From Lytechinus pictus (taxonomy: Eukaryota): a stretch of DNA of 64,000 bases. Positions within the stretch are counted from its first letter, which is position 1, and each line of letters begins with the position of its first letter. The notes under the pieces were generated by a model. It was not told the origin of the DNA. It saw only the letters and a program-made list of their open reading frames with translations, and searched no databases. The position numbers and the translations under genes are program-made. Shown here piece after piece: positions 40,784-54,139 of the stretch. The stretch is from contig NC_087245.1 of assembly GCF_037042905.1 (NCBI RefSeq), forward strand, positions 1,862,001 through 1,926,000, in the 5' to 3' direction.

Positions 40784-42092
40784 GTCTTTGTTGTCATACC
40801 TTCTTTTTTAAACTCAAAGAAGAAAGCCTATCGACTTTTGTCTCAATGCTCCCGGATAAACACATTTTCAGCCATTTGACGTCCTTTGCCTACTTCTTGC
40901 AACAGTTTTCAGATTGATTCCGTCTATCTTTTTTTATTAAACCGTCAATTCCTTTCGATTGCTAATGGTATTATTCCACTTTTCTTTAAGCTCAATTGTA
41001 ATCGAAATAATATAATATACTCACCAGGGTCTAGTTATTCGTGTTAACTAAAGCAGGACAACATAACTTTTACTAATGATACACCACAGATCGGGTATAC
41101 TAGATGGTAGGCAAAATATACACTCATCTACATCAATCAGAGGTGGATGATTGCCAGCCCCATCTCACCCACTTCCCTCCCCACACACAGTCACCAGCAT
41201 ATTTCCATTAACAAATAATATAGTAGAATTGGCACATAATACCGTAAAGTGAATATACCACAGGTTTACTAAATTCGTTGTTTTAACAAAATAAATCTTA
41301 AAAGTACAACCATTTAATTGATTATTTTCTGTTTTTTCGATATAGGCCTAAATGGAATGTGATATACCCTAAAATTCGTTTAAATCAATTTTCGTACACA
41401 ATCAAACTATATTTAGTAGAGTTAACTAATGATAAAGATCGATGTGGAGGCCCGGTCGTTAAAGTGAAGTAGTCAACAAATCTCCATATACAATAAATTT
41501 ACAATTAAAATGACCACTTTCACCTTGCTATCACCTAATGATCGAGCGAGACACGAGGAACTTGCGCGGAATCAGACGATAGTGGGCGCACTATAAAACC
41601 CATATTCGATTTTTATTGAAGTTGATAAGGCTTATGAAAATATGCCCTACTTTGTTGATTATTGGTAGCATCATGGTAAATATACTACAAATTTTGGCGA
41701 TTTTCAAAAGAAAAGGATTTGCATACTTTCTCCCTATCACTGTTCTACGAATTCTTTTTTCAATATTTTTTTTGTCAATTATTCTGCTGAGTAACAAGGT
41801 TAGGAAGTAATTTCTTTGGGGAAAACAAGCGTTCACTTATCATTTTTGGCAGGTGTCTTTTCATCCCCTTGCTTAATCGTTGTATTGACTTTCAACTTTA
41901 ACCATACTTGAATAATTCCTATGGAAGATCATTCGAATATCAATATAGCATGTGCTATTCTAGATATTGGCGATCAAGGTTTTCCATCTTCATCTGTATT
42001 TGGCCAGTTGTAGTACATCATTGTTACTGTATATAGTCAGCCCGTTGAATCGAACGATTTATTTAAATCATCCCCCTCCCATGCCCGGTCTA

Positions 42093-42306
42093 CACTCTAA
42101 AAAAATGAAAGATCAAATCAACATTTGAAAGGTTGGGGGTTGTTAAACCATTACAAAAGGTTATATCCAACCTTGTATAAAGCTGAATGCAACAATTAAA
42201 GTGTTGTGTCAAACCATTTAAAGTGGTAAATGCAACGTTTAGAATAGGTTGTCATTCCTAAAATCTTCCAAAATAATGTTGATTTAACATTTCAGTTTTT
42301 AGGGTG
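42093..42306. mobile_element. CACT-ended MITE with TA flanks
   Basis: TA|CACTCTAAAAA ... TTTTTAGGGTG|TA, with internal degenerate CAACATTT/AATGTTG subrepeats. Confidence 0.7.
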
Positions 42307-44769
42307 TATTCTTTGTCTCTCATTATCCCTGTCATTGTCTTATTTGTCTCTTTTCCTATTATTATTCCTAACACAATAAGGGGGGTCTAAGAAAATATTA
42401 GGAAGAGATCTGTTAACATTTACCCTATAAAATAGTAATTAATTTGGCGCTGTCTCATTCAATTGTGTCCTATGAGTTCGAACAGTAGGATCATGTTTAT
42501 ACTGCTTGAATCATGCAGCCTAATAATTTATTCACTGTTTTTGTCACACAATCAACATGCAAGAGGTCAGACCATATCATGGATCTTAAAGATTATGTAT
42601 CCATCTGCTGGACAATTTTTTCCCCAATGTAAAGGAACCAAACTCATTACAGTGAACATGGAACCAATTCTCCATTTTTTCAAATGCAATCCAATCTATT
42701 TTTTCAGTTATATAGACAAACTCGTTTTTTTTACCTTCGGTGATTGCCTTTAATTTCCTGTAGAACTTGTCTCGTCTACATGCATGTAATATCAGATAAT
42801 TCCCCCATTATCATCTTGCTTTACAAAGGAAATAGGAATGGCGATACTGCATATCCTTGCCGGGCTCCTCTCTTGATCTTTGATCATCCAATCTTCTCCT
42901 AAATTATTCTGATTGCAGCCTGTCTAGCATAAATTCCTTATAAAATACCTTAGTGTAGACTTTACTGGATTGAAGTATATATAGACATTTTTTCTGCATC
43001 TCATAATCTCTTTCAGTAAGGATTATCATGGAGAGGAGAAGTTTAAATCTTCGTGCTCATGTCGTCTGTTTATCTTTCTGCACTTCTAATATTTCTGGTC
43101 GGATCTCAATTCTTTCTTACCCAGTCACAACAATTGGACTGATGTGCTTTTTTGAAATTGCAAGGTAATTGCAAGGTTTTTGTCTTTATTTTGTTTGCAT
43201 ATATTCCAATACCCGTTGAACACCTGAGTATTTTGCCAAAGGAAATAGCCTCACAGTGGGGCTACATTAGCTATCATTTATATCTCTACATTCCATTCTT
43301 TATTTGTAATATCTCTTCATTTACCTGGGACTGATAACACTCCCTCAAAGAGACTCCAGAAAGGGATATCTCAGTGCCGTCGTCTCCTCCGCACCCGCGT
43401 CTGATTAGCTTCTACATTCTCGTCAGCATGAACATGGCCACATCTATGAGCGGTTATCCCGGAGAAAGGGGATACGCCCCCCCCCCCCCAAAAAAAAAAA
43501 AAAAAAAAAATGGAGGAAAGGTGGAGACAGTTGTTTTGTCCTATCTGTGAAAATTAAGTGTACGTGTCAAGAAATGTCTCCATTAAACTTATTTGTGATG
43601 TATTCTTGCCCCATTTCCAATGTATCTATTCTTGATCATCTGTTAACCATTTACCCTAAATAGCTGGTCACATTATGTTTCATCATCTTAAAAGCAATAT
43701 ACAATGCAAGAGATGCACGCTTTTTGGAGTAACCTAACACTTGTTTAGAATCCAGATGCATACAGTAATTACTGCATCCTCTCAATGTCATTAAGACGGC
43801 CTACAAACCATTAATTTCTATCTTAATTGTCATTCCCATGTCTCTCGTTTCATGGTGGAACATTTATAGCTCAATAAATCAATAAAGTGTATTCATGGTG
43901 AATGATAAATCCAAACGAAAAAAATAATTGCATCATATAACATGACCGGTAGTCGGTGACGAAGCCTTAGAATAATTTGTATTCTGGCTCTCAGATCATT
44001 TCTGACTAAGCTGTAAATATTATTAACCCATGTGTTCTCAATACTAACAAAATCACTGACATATATCTAAAGGGTAAGATGAAAGATCACAAACTGGCTT
44101 TATAAGAAAAATAGTGACTGAAAACGAGATGCACATCGCGTTGTGATATACCCAACCTAGTTCACGCCATTTCCATGTCCATGAATGCCAAATAATAGCA
44201 AATCAATCCATTTCAATAGTTCATTCCGTGAAATTATTTGTCGTAAAACTTGTACAATTCGTATCTACCAAAAAATGGGAACTCTTCATTAAAAGTACTT
44301 CCACATTCTTTTTAATATTCATACTAATTTCTTGTGGAGTTTATAGCATTCATCAGCTCAATTGTATATAGGAAACAATCTAATCACGGTGGACAATGAA
44401 AATACATGTAACTCGGAATATCATCCGATACGCCGATGTACTTGCTCCTAGTTGATCATGGCTAAGCCACGGACCAGTAGTGGTCTGATAAGATGACAGG
44501 ATCAATTTCTCTGACTTTCTTTCAGATCTAAAATCTTATTTACCGGATTGAAGCCAGAAAATCTTTTAAACTTCCCCACCATGCCCCCTCATTCCATAAA
44601 CCGATGTTAATCTTTATTACAATACCCGTATGATAAAATTATATTAAATTGGTCAATTGAAATCATGATAGGAAACTTAAGAAACGGGATGCGCTCTCGA
44701 ATTTGATTGACTTTCTATTGCAATTTGTGGTAATTTTCAATACACCAATAAGTTTCTTAATGTGGCATC

Positions 44770-44940
44770 TTTTTTACTTATTTATTTATTCATTCATTTA
44801 TTCATTTTTTATTTATTTATTTTTCTATTTATTTATTCCTTTTTAATTTATTGATATCTTGTTTAAATATATTGGTAAAAATAAAACGAAAACGGGGTAA
44901 TTCCATTAGAACTGTGAGGCCTGCTTTACATGGGGCTCTC
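44770..44940 (-). mobile_element. Probable 3' end of a CR1/L2-group retroposon with (AAAT)n tail
   Basis: Minus strand GAGAGCCCCATGTAAAGCAGGCC...ATTACCCC followed by A-rich sequence and an (AAAT)n tract. Confidence 0.35.
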
Positions 44941-44993
44941 TACAATTCGCATTTCAAAAAATCTTGCAATATACGTAATTATAGCATAAACTA

Positions 44994-45158
44994 CACTGTA
45001 AAACATGATGTGCTAATTTAGCACTTACAGTGCTTGTATAGTGACTGCACTACGAGTGCTGATTTTCTAGTTCAAATTTAAACAAGAAAATCAGCACTCG
45101 TAGTGCAGTCACTATACAAGCACTGTAAGTGCTAAATAGCACTTCATTTTTTACAGTG
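44994..45158. mobile_element. Almost fully palindromic CACTG-ended MITE (165 bp)
   Basis: TA|CACTGTAAAA ... TTTTACAGTG|TA. The inner arm TTTAGCACTTACAGTGCTTGTATAGTGACTGCACTACGAGTGCTGATTTTCT is perfectly inverted. Confidence 0.9.
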
Positions 45159-45770
45159 TAAATATATGAACGGAAGTACACTTACGACGCTGGATCATTC
45201 CGTAGTTACATGTAATGAGTTAAGGAACTTTGTTGTTTCATCTAGGTCAAACTCCCTTTTTAGTCAACACAGTATTTATGAGTGACTAGAAAGATCCCCA
45301 TCCTTCCCGATCGTCCTGACGAAGTTCTAAACTCATTTGCATTCCTCCAACTTAACCGCCATAATTTATTGGCACCATAATCACATCAAGGCAATCCTCT
45401 ACAGATGCCCTTTTGCAAAGTTCACCATCAAACACAGGTTTTATCTGGGAGTATGCAAGGAGCAATGTTAACTAGATACAAAGAGATCGATTTAAAGGAT
45501 TTTATTAGAAGAGAGTCATCGACCCACTAAGAGAGTCACTGTCCTTTTTCTATGAAACAATGAATTCCAGCGGTATTTGAATCTCTTTCAGCCATTCTCT
45601 CTGTTTTAATGAAAATTGCATTCAAACAAGTGGATCTTTTAATATTTCACCCAACGAGCTGAAAGAGATATATTATTTTTGATAACATGCCGCTCAGGAC
45701 AACCAAGCAAACCCGATACTTCAATTTATGTTATTTTTATCAGTATTGTCTGCTTTTCTAACTTCACGAA

Positions 45771-45980
45771 CATGGCCCTGGGAAGCGGGGGAAACACCCG
45801 CAAGATAATCATATTGGTGCTGCGTGTGTTATTCTTCATAGGCAGCACCCCAAGGTATTCTGTTAGATGTGGAAAATGGATAAATGTAGCAAAACTAGCC
45901 TTCATTTAGTAGTGGAACTTATTTTGGCTTATCATACTTACATCAGCACCCCTTGTAAAAGAATCGTTCCCCGGGCCCTG
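45771..45980. mobile_element. Older hAT-type MITE (210 bp)
   Basis: Termini CATGGCCCTGGGAA ... TTCCCCGGGCCCTG. 8-bp flanks TTCACGAA / CTCATGAA differ only by two C/T transitions. Internal CAGCACCCC motifs. Confidence 0.7.
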
Positions 45981-48900
45981 CTCATGAATGTAATTGCATG
46001 TATGTAAATCTTTGATAAGCTTTCTTGTAACCATCAAGAACATAAAGACCGGAGTTAAATCAATTCTTTCAATAGTATGAATTATTCATTTGTCATGGTT
46101 TATAGAATTAGAAAGTCTCAAGACTAGGGTTGGTTATGTTTGAAGCTCCACCTTGACATCAAATTGTAAATGATTTTACCTGGGAATAATGTAAGAAGAC
46201 ACATGACTTCGTAGCAAGTATAAGGACTTATCGTCAACCATTCAGAAATGGCAATTTATAAATTTATGTAACGTAGCATAATATGTGGAAGCAGTTTGCA
46301 TGCGACGCCACAAACTTTAAACACTCTGTCAACTCTTTCATTTGCTCATGAATTTCCGCCAGGCCTTTGATATTATATTTCTTTCAAATATCTACATCAA
46401 AACAAGCTTGAGTTATAAGGGTGGACTTTCTCTATCAAAATTTGTGATCCGATAAGCAATTGTTATAAAAGAAGAAAAATATGTACTGGATTGAAGAATC
46501 TATTTAAGTATATAAAAGACGTGCTGCACTGGCATAATTATATGTAAATTCTCCTCTGACAAAATGGATTTATATCTTTTTGTACGTTTTCCACGTTATA
46601 TTACCATACTTTATTACAAAGCAATGAGATATAATGTAATTGATGAACAGGTATTTACTGACAGGTCCTGTGAATTATACCTCATCGGTATCGAAAGAGA
46701 TCATATAAATCACTTTGTTTTCTGCAAGAAAAGGGCGGGAAAGGGAGGGAATTGGTTTGTCGTCCGGTATTTGTCCCTTGATTGAAAATAGATTATATCA
46801 TCAGGTCAAATACCCGCCTTCTCGAATTAAATCCTTTTACGAAATACCTGAACGAAATGCATATGTCTCCTAAACAAGGCAAGCGTCCTTAAGAATGATG
46901 AGAGATTACGCCCTCCAATATTAATGCCATGCTGTTTTATTGTCGAAGATATGCAGTAAGTTTCATTGGTGTAAAATTGTTTCAGCTTCAATATCAAATT
47001 CAAAGACTAATTACATACCAACAAAAGGTTGATTGGAATAAAAAAAGAGAGATATAACAGTGCTTTTTCAATCAAAATCAGATTTAAAATTCTTTTTTGT
47101 TGTTTTAATTTCAGATGTTAATTTCACAAACTGGAACTGGTTAATCTATAGTATATGTTGTTGATTTTATACATAAAAAACTATATCGATTGAATAATAC
47201 AATTTTTCTACATTTTAATTATAATGACTTTTGTTTATTGCAGGAGGCAAATGAATTTCCATATATTTCATGTAATAATATAGAAAAGTGAGCGGTTGAC
47301 GTCAGCTTAACTTTTATACCATTAACAATATTATGCCTGTTTGGTTTCACTCTACTTGACTTGACTTATTGTTAAAGTGGACGGAATCGCTCTTTAATAA
47401 AACATAGCTATGGAATATGATACAGAACTTATACAAAACAAAATCAACTCACTTTATAGGTCAATGATATCATAATCGTATGATTTTAATAAAAAATCTT
47501 AGATCAAGATCAAATGAATCGCACCTATGTTGATAAATAAAACTAAGCCCAATGGAGGTCTCAGATCAGTCATTAAGTGGGGATACTTAATCTATTTTGG
47601 CTTAAATAGTTAGAAACAGTGATATCATTTAAGTTAAAGTAATTTTAAAAAGTTTTGTTTACACCATAGAACAATAAGTGACTGAAAAGGAAAAAAATGC
47701 GACAGATTTTCATTTATTTTTATTTTTATGAAATTATTCGATCCAGCTAATATGTTTTCCAAGTGTAGATAACTATATTAATAAACATGCTGACTAATAA
47801 GTTAACTTCCCCATGTCGCGTCATCTTTGTCAAATTTCAGTAATTGTTTAACCTTCATGACTTCTCATTTCAATCAAATACGATATTTGTAATACTTTCC
47901 TTCCTCTTCAAAACATTGTAGGGGCTATTATTTCAACTTGCATATGTATATGCTATCGAAAGAAATTCATAACTGATAACATGAGAATGAGGTCGGTGTT
48001 ATGTTCTTAGTATCTGAATAATGAAGAATAATACATATGTACTCCAAACCAGAAATAGGAAAGAGACTCATAATGAAAAGTAACAACACAGGATATGTAT
48101 TTGAGTATGGAATAGCCCCGGGTGATTCTCTGACGCTTGAATCGAAAGCATAAATTATATTCAGCAATCATCGGATGCAATTCCGTAATGTGAATTCTTG
48201 CCTCCGGTATGGACGAACAAAAAAATAGGCAAAGCTAAATAAAAAAAAAATAGAAGTTGTTCCTTGAGTATGACATAAAGAAGAACGATTTGATTCTACA
48301 CAAACGGTCGTCCATCATAGTGATAAATGAATTTATTATCAAGGAAAGCATTATGAATAGACCTTTTCAATGGATTCAATTGTCCTTTTCTCACTTTCCA
48401 AATATCTATATTGTTTGTGCCGTTTCCATTTCCTCATATTAAATTCAAGATGGTGTGTTACTCTAATTCATGCTTGATGATTATGTTTTGATATTTTGAT
48501 AGTGACGTTAGAGAATGTTATTAATATTCTACTAATAAAATCAATATTTTGACCCATTCTTGAGGCTTCTATGAAAATAGGAGACTTACTAAAATTGAGA
48601 ATTTATACTATCACATCACTGTTTCTCTTTTCTCATAATTTTCACAGGACACTTTTCACAAAATACAACTTGATATTATTTACTTACATCTTTTGAACTT
48701 TGATATTCCTTTGCCAACATACAAAGGCAGCAAAATTAAATTCAACATTTTAACAATATTCTTAATCATGCAATTTCCATTTTTTAATGCAAAAAAACCT
48801 GGGTCGTATTCACCAATAACATGACCATAGTTTAGACCATTATATTGACCATTACAGACCATTACATAGACCATTATATCCTCACAACTTCATAATAAGC

Positions 48901-50479
48901 CTATACCCTTATACAATCATGTCATGTAGATTGGCAATGCATGGCGCAGTTTCTGCCTTTGTGAATTGATGTTTATGCATACTACATCTTTGCTTTAAAA
49001 CAAGTTTACCCTTTTATAGTTTCAGGTATATGAACAATAATGACCCTATAATCTGGTTGTCAATTTTCCTTTCGTTTTTGCAATATCAGTGACTTTATCT
49101 GATATGAATCAGAATGTTGTTAACTTGATAACTGAATAACTCTGTATTGTTTTAATAAAAAGCTGTACAGTAGAACTACTTTTGTAATTTCAGGATAAAG
49201 AGAGTGGGTTGACGTTCAACGAACTCGGCTTATTAATATCTAATTGAAGCATGATGCTCGTTTGGCTGGAACATTTATAGTCGCGTTTATTTCTTTTCTA
49301 ATCGTCTCTATCACTACTTAAAGACTAATCGTCTGACCTATCTTTTAGTGAAAGAAATGGAACATCGTAAGCAAATTATACACGCTCGATTGCAATGATT
49401 AACATAAATATGTCATTGTAAATTCCTTTTGTAGCGTTGAAACGCGAGTTAAAAATAATATCTTAAGTATGATCTTGAGAAAAGCATAACCATTATGTGG
49501 GTAAGTTCAAGTACGAAATGTCAAATCCGTTATCTTAGGTTAAAAGAGACAACATCAGTTAAGTTGATGAGTTATAATAATTAATTCCGCAGCTAGGCAA
49601 GATTAAAAGATTACATGCCTTATCATTTGATTTGGTTGCCCATCAGATAAAGTTTCAGTTTTGAAAGAAATCTAAATGTCACTTGCAAGAATGCCGATAC
49701 TGATACAGTGAGAATTAGATAATTCTTATCTAGGCTCAGGTTAATAATAGTTCTTACTAAAGGCTACAGTCTTTGCCTTTGTTGTTATTGTTAGAAATTG
49801 ACTTTAACCACTTGGTGCAATAATGTGTCATCAAATGAATTAGAACTAAAATAAATGTGCAATTATAAATCAATAATCAAAACATCCGTTTCAGCTTTAA
49901 GAAATTCATTATTTTCATTATTAGAACTGGGTAGATTTAATGATAATATTTTTCATGACTTTATGTTGATGTGTAAAGCATGCATGTTCAGTATTTTGAA
50001 AACAGTAAAATTGAACAATTTTGTGAGGGAACTTAGCATGTCACATTTTATACACCATCCCAAGTAGATGTATCGCCAGTATTGCAGCAACCACGTAAGT
50101 CAGTGAATGTATTCAATATGGCGGAGCTTTCAACAGTTTGCAATCTTGTTGGTGTCTGGGCACGAGATTGTTCGTGTCAACAACGGTAAACTCTCGCTAA
50201 ATACCCCATCGTCACCTCCTGTTTTTGTTGGGATACCGTTTCCATTTCTTTGTCAAACGGTGTGGGTGTGCGTGAAGAGTGTGTGTGCGTGCTAGGGTGC
50301 GTGCGTTAGGCCGGGTTTAGCGTGGTGTGTGTGGGTGTGTGTATCTATTTGTGGGGAATGGTCGGATCTCGGGGTCGGATGTATGAGTGTGTTCTTACGC
50401 TCATCAGAAGATTTTGGTGCAGGTGTGTTTATCCAATAGTTTGTCTTTCTCACTCTTTTGTTCTCTCTTTCTTTAAGTA

Positions 50480-50645
50480 TTTCTTCTTCTTCGTCTTCTA
50501 CTTCTTCTTCTTCTTCTCCTTCTTCTTCTTCTTCTTCTATTTCTTCTTTTTCTCCTCCTCCTCCTCCTTCTCCTCCTTCTTCTTCTTCTTCGTCTTTTTC
50601 TTCTCTCCTCCTTCTTCTTCTTCTTCTTCCTCCCTTCTTCTTCTC
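50480..50645. repeat. (CTT/CCT)n microsatellite
   Basis: Direct triplet run. It explains the poly-F/S and poly-E/K ORFs. Confidence 0.95.
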
Positions 50646-52746
50646 ATCCTATATGTTTCTTTTATGTTCATTCTTAACCTAATTTCATCAATCTCTTTCC
50701 CTATTGTTTGTCTGAAATTTAATTGTATATTTTTTACCATGGTCATAACAATTATTAACATGATTAAGGTATATGTTAGTAAAAACATCGAACACTGTCG
50801 GATCAAGTTAACTTACACGTTATATGTGTTTAATTGATCGTTATTTGAACTCGGGGAAAGCAGGGGTGAAAAGATCAAAATTAATGATAACTTCACTACC
50901 AAAAATAAAACACACTTTCGCATAACTTTTTAAAACATGTTTTGAAACATGTTTTGTAATTTTGAAACAAAAAATCTTGACTGAAATGCCCTTTCTGCCC
51001 ATTTTTTAATCCAATTCTCATATCTCAAGGGCAAAGAGTGGCGCTTTATTACAAAATATGTATTAATACTCACACAAGAATTGGTTAGCGGATGAAAACA
51101 TTGATTGATAATCCTCAAGTGTAATGTTTTGTATAGCATCGTAACCTCCGTCACTCAAAGTTCTTAATTATTCTCTCAGTCGCCTATCAATCACTGCACA
51201 AAACACGGTAATTTTTCTTTAAATGAAATTACTTTTTTAGTATTTTTTTTTCTTAAACATCCTGTTAAAATTGACAATGTTTCTCACTCGAAGCTACTGA
51301 AAACCCTACATAAAACAAATAATCAGAGAACAGTAGTTTTCAATGTAATGAAAACTAATTAATAGCCCCGTTATATTAACTTATCGTCTATGTAATTCGG
51401 CATGGCGATATATTATATCGCCAAATATCATTAAAAAAAGATTATCCACATATCGGCATAGGTGTCTTACCAAGTCGACTTATTTAAAAAAAATATATAT
51501 ATGTCGGCATGCATACGTTGCCTTGCCAAATTATCTTGCTAGGTCGACTTCCCACAAAGCAGATTTATGTCCACAGTACATGCGAACGTTGAATATCAAG
51601 GACAGCTACGACTAATCCATGAACGTCTAGAAGTCCAATCCGCGTCCACGCGGGCATTCATTTCGTCATTTCCTTTTTAGGATGTAGATTTCGGCAAGAT
51701 GATTTATATCGCCATCACGACATATAACTAATTAGAATTCGAACTTGCCAAGATACCTCAATTTACCAATATGACATGTAGCTTTTTAGAAGTTGTCTTT
51801 TCAAGATACCTTAATAGCTAAGATGACATGTATTCTTGACATGTGTAAGGATGTAAAGATGAATCGATAATGTTTGTCATTTTTTTAATCTTCAAATATC
51901 GGTAAAAATCTGGGAATTTCGACAAAGAGATGGTACTTTGAAGCTTCCATATTATACAAGGTAGTCTTCACCCGCTTGTATATGCAAAAGCATAAATCTT
52001 AGATTAAAGCATTTAAAGTATGAGATGAAACTTGAAATATATTGATTGTATTGGAAAGAGGGAATACGGGTCGCAAGTCACAAGAACAAATCGAAGGATA
52101 TCGATGCACATTAACGTAGATGTATGAAAACCGTATGGAGAAGGAAAAAGAGAAATATAGGATAATGACCCAATTTCTCGAATGTTATGGGAACAAAATT
52201 TGCGCCTAACACTGCTCCACGGTTCGCTGTTATGCACTAATAAACCCACTTGTGCCTCATCTATTAGCGAATTAACTCATAATAGAGAAAACTAAACTAA
52301 ATGGACCCCTGCTGTTTAAACTTCATGATTACACACGCATCCATGTATATCATTTGACCTTTCAAGGTATTGTGAGGGGTTTGGGTTCAATAGTTTCCCA
52401 TGCGTATATATAGAGAAGAGAAAAAGGCTCTGCATTATTATGTTAGGTCGCAAGGCCTTTATTTTTCTTTTTGACAGCGTGGTGGATCATTTATTCATTT
52501 AATTGTATCATGTGAAACCTACAGACAAAAGAATTAATGAGAAGTGAGCTATCTGAACCTAATTATGATTTCCAAGGTAACAACTGGTAAGTTCATTCCA
52601 GGTGAAATGTCCCCCGGTATACCCACAATACACCAATGCAACGTACCTGAAGTTCTCGCCAACATTTTCATGACGCAACGGGGACTCCTTCAGCGTACAA
52701 GAGCTTACCAAGAATTGACGTTGCATATCTTCAGTGACACATATTG

Positions 52747-53283
52747 GAGCCTGTTCAGACCGGCAGAGATAGCGCGATCTAGCGCGCGCTAGATCGCGCT
52801 ATCTCTGCGGTGTGGAAGGTACAACGTCGTTTCGGTCCGCCCAACAGCGAGCCACGGCGAGCCAAAACGGCGTGCCACTGGAGCACCTCTTGGGGGTGGT
52901 CCACGAGAGATAGCGCGGTCTAGCGCGCGCTAGATCGCGCTATCTCTGCCGGTGTGAACCCGAGCTACGATAGCACGCCGGAAGTCATCTACACGCGGGG
53001 AATTTTATACTCATTCTATTTTGGTGCGATCTGAATCTGAATCGGTACAACTCAACACTCCTAATTTTATGGAGTAAAACGCGTCGGAACATCGTGAAAA
53101 TAGAAATATAGTAAGTAATGCGTCATGGCAACAGGACCTCTCAAAAAAGGGGGTGCTACGATAGACCGCGCTATCTCACTGCGGTGTGAATCCGGCGAAT
53201 GCCAATGGGCGGACCGTGGATCGCGCTACGATAGCGCGATCCACGGTCCGCCCACGGTCCCCCCTTGCGGTGTGAACAGCCTC
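52747..53283. mobile_element. PIF/Harbinger-type MITE with internal GC-rich perfect palindromes
   Basis: Termini GAGCCTGTTCAGACCG ... CGGTGTGAACAGCCTC. Repeated CGGTGTGAA subterminal motif. TSD not clean. Confidence 0.75.
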
Positions 53284-54027
53284 TATGTCTACTTTGTGGC
53301 CACTTTGCGGCTACTGTGTAGCCACTACGCATAACCAGCAGTCGCTACGTTCAAATAGACTACAACACCGGGTCGCAATCAGCTTGGACGTAGCGAGGAC
53401 GTATAGGAAATCGCTTCAATTCCACACGGACCACACCTTTCGGCACAATAAGCTCAATGTAACATGAACTTAGCCAGGATGCGCAGTGGACGGAACGATT
53501 CACTTTTTTTTCGAAAAGAACGAAGTTGTCGCTGCCTTCTAGGTATTTTTTCCCGAATTTAAACAGCGTTAGTGGGAACTTCCTTTGTCCGATTTAAAAT
53601 GGAGTATAAACACGTATCCTAGTATTGCCAACATGTTTGTTGATGACACGCTAATAAACGCATAAACAATTTTGTGTAAAACGATCGATGCAAACACTGT
53701 TGCCTTTAATGTTCTTTCGTGTTAAGGTTATCCTTGTTTTTAAGCTAATTTATTTGTTATATATTTATTCATTTACTTATCAATTTCATCATTTCATCAT
53801 TTATTATATTTAATCATTCCACATCTAAGGAAGAAAGCGGAATCAGCATATGAATAGATCAACATCAAAACAATTACCATTTCGTTTTAGGAGCCTGTTG
53901 TTTAATCTTTTAGTAAAAGATGAAATAATGTGAATGAAATAGGACGATCATTCCAACAATTCACATCTCGGAAAAATATACAGACCGCTTTATAAGCTTC
54001 AATTGATTGGTTCTTTAAAAAGATCTA

Positions 54028-54139
54028 CACTCTAGAACACTAAGTTTAATTTTACCCAATGTTGGGTAGCAAGGGAACTTGCTTGCATGTTTGCTGGGTA
54101 TTTGTTTTACCCCATATTGGGTAAACCTTTTTTAGAGTG
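54028..54139. mobile_element. Short CACT-ended MITE with TA flanks
   Basis: TA|CACTCTAGAA ... TTTTAGAGTG|TA, with internal TACCCAATGTTGGGTA and TACCCCATATTGGGTA palindromic subrepeats. Confidence 0.7.

Noticed and set aside
46950..47400. Remnant of an older TTAA-type MITE
   Set aside because: Only a general resemblance; no matching pair of TIRs could be located.
47804..47819. Exact 16-nt match (AACTTCCCCATGTCGC) to the 7SL-like element at 40736-40751
   Set aside because: The match does not extend on either side, so it cannot be called a second copy.
50322..50837. ORFs of 171, 74 and 89 aa
   Set aside because: Same microsatellite artefact on both strands.
51395..51850. Scattered TCGGCA/TTGCCAAG/ATGACATG motifs suggesting an old foldback element
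   Set aside because: Too degenerate to define termini or a repeat unit by eye.
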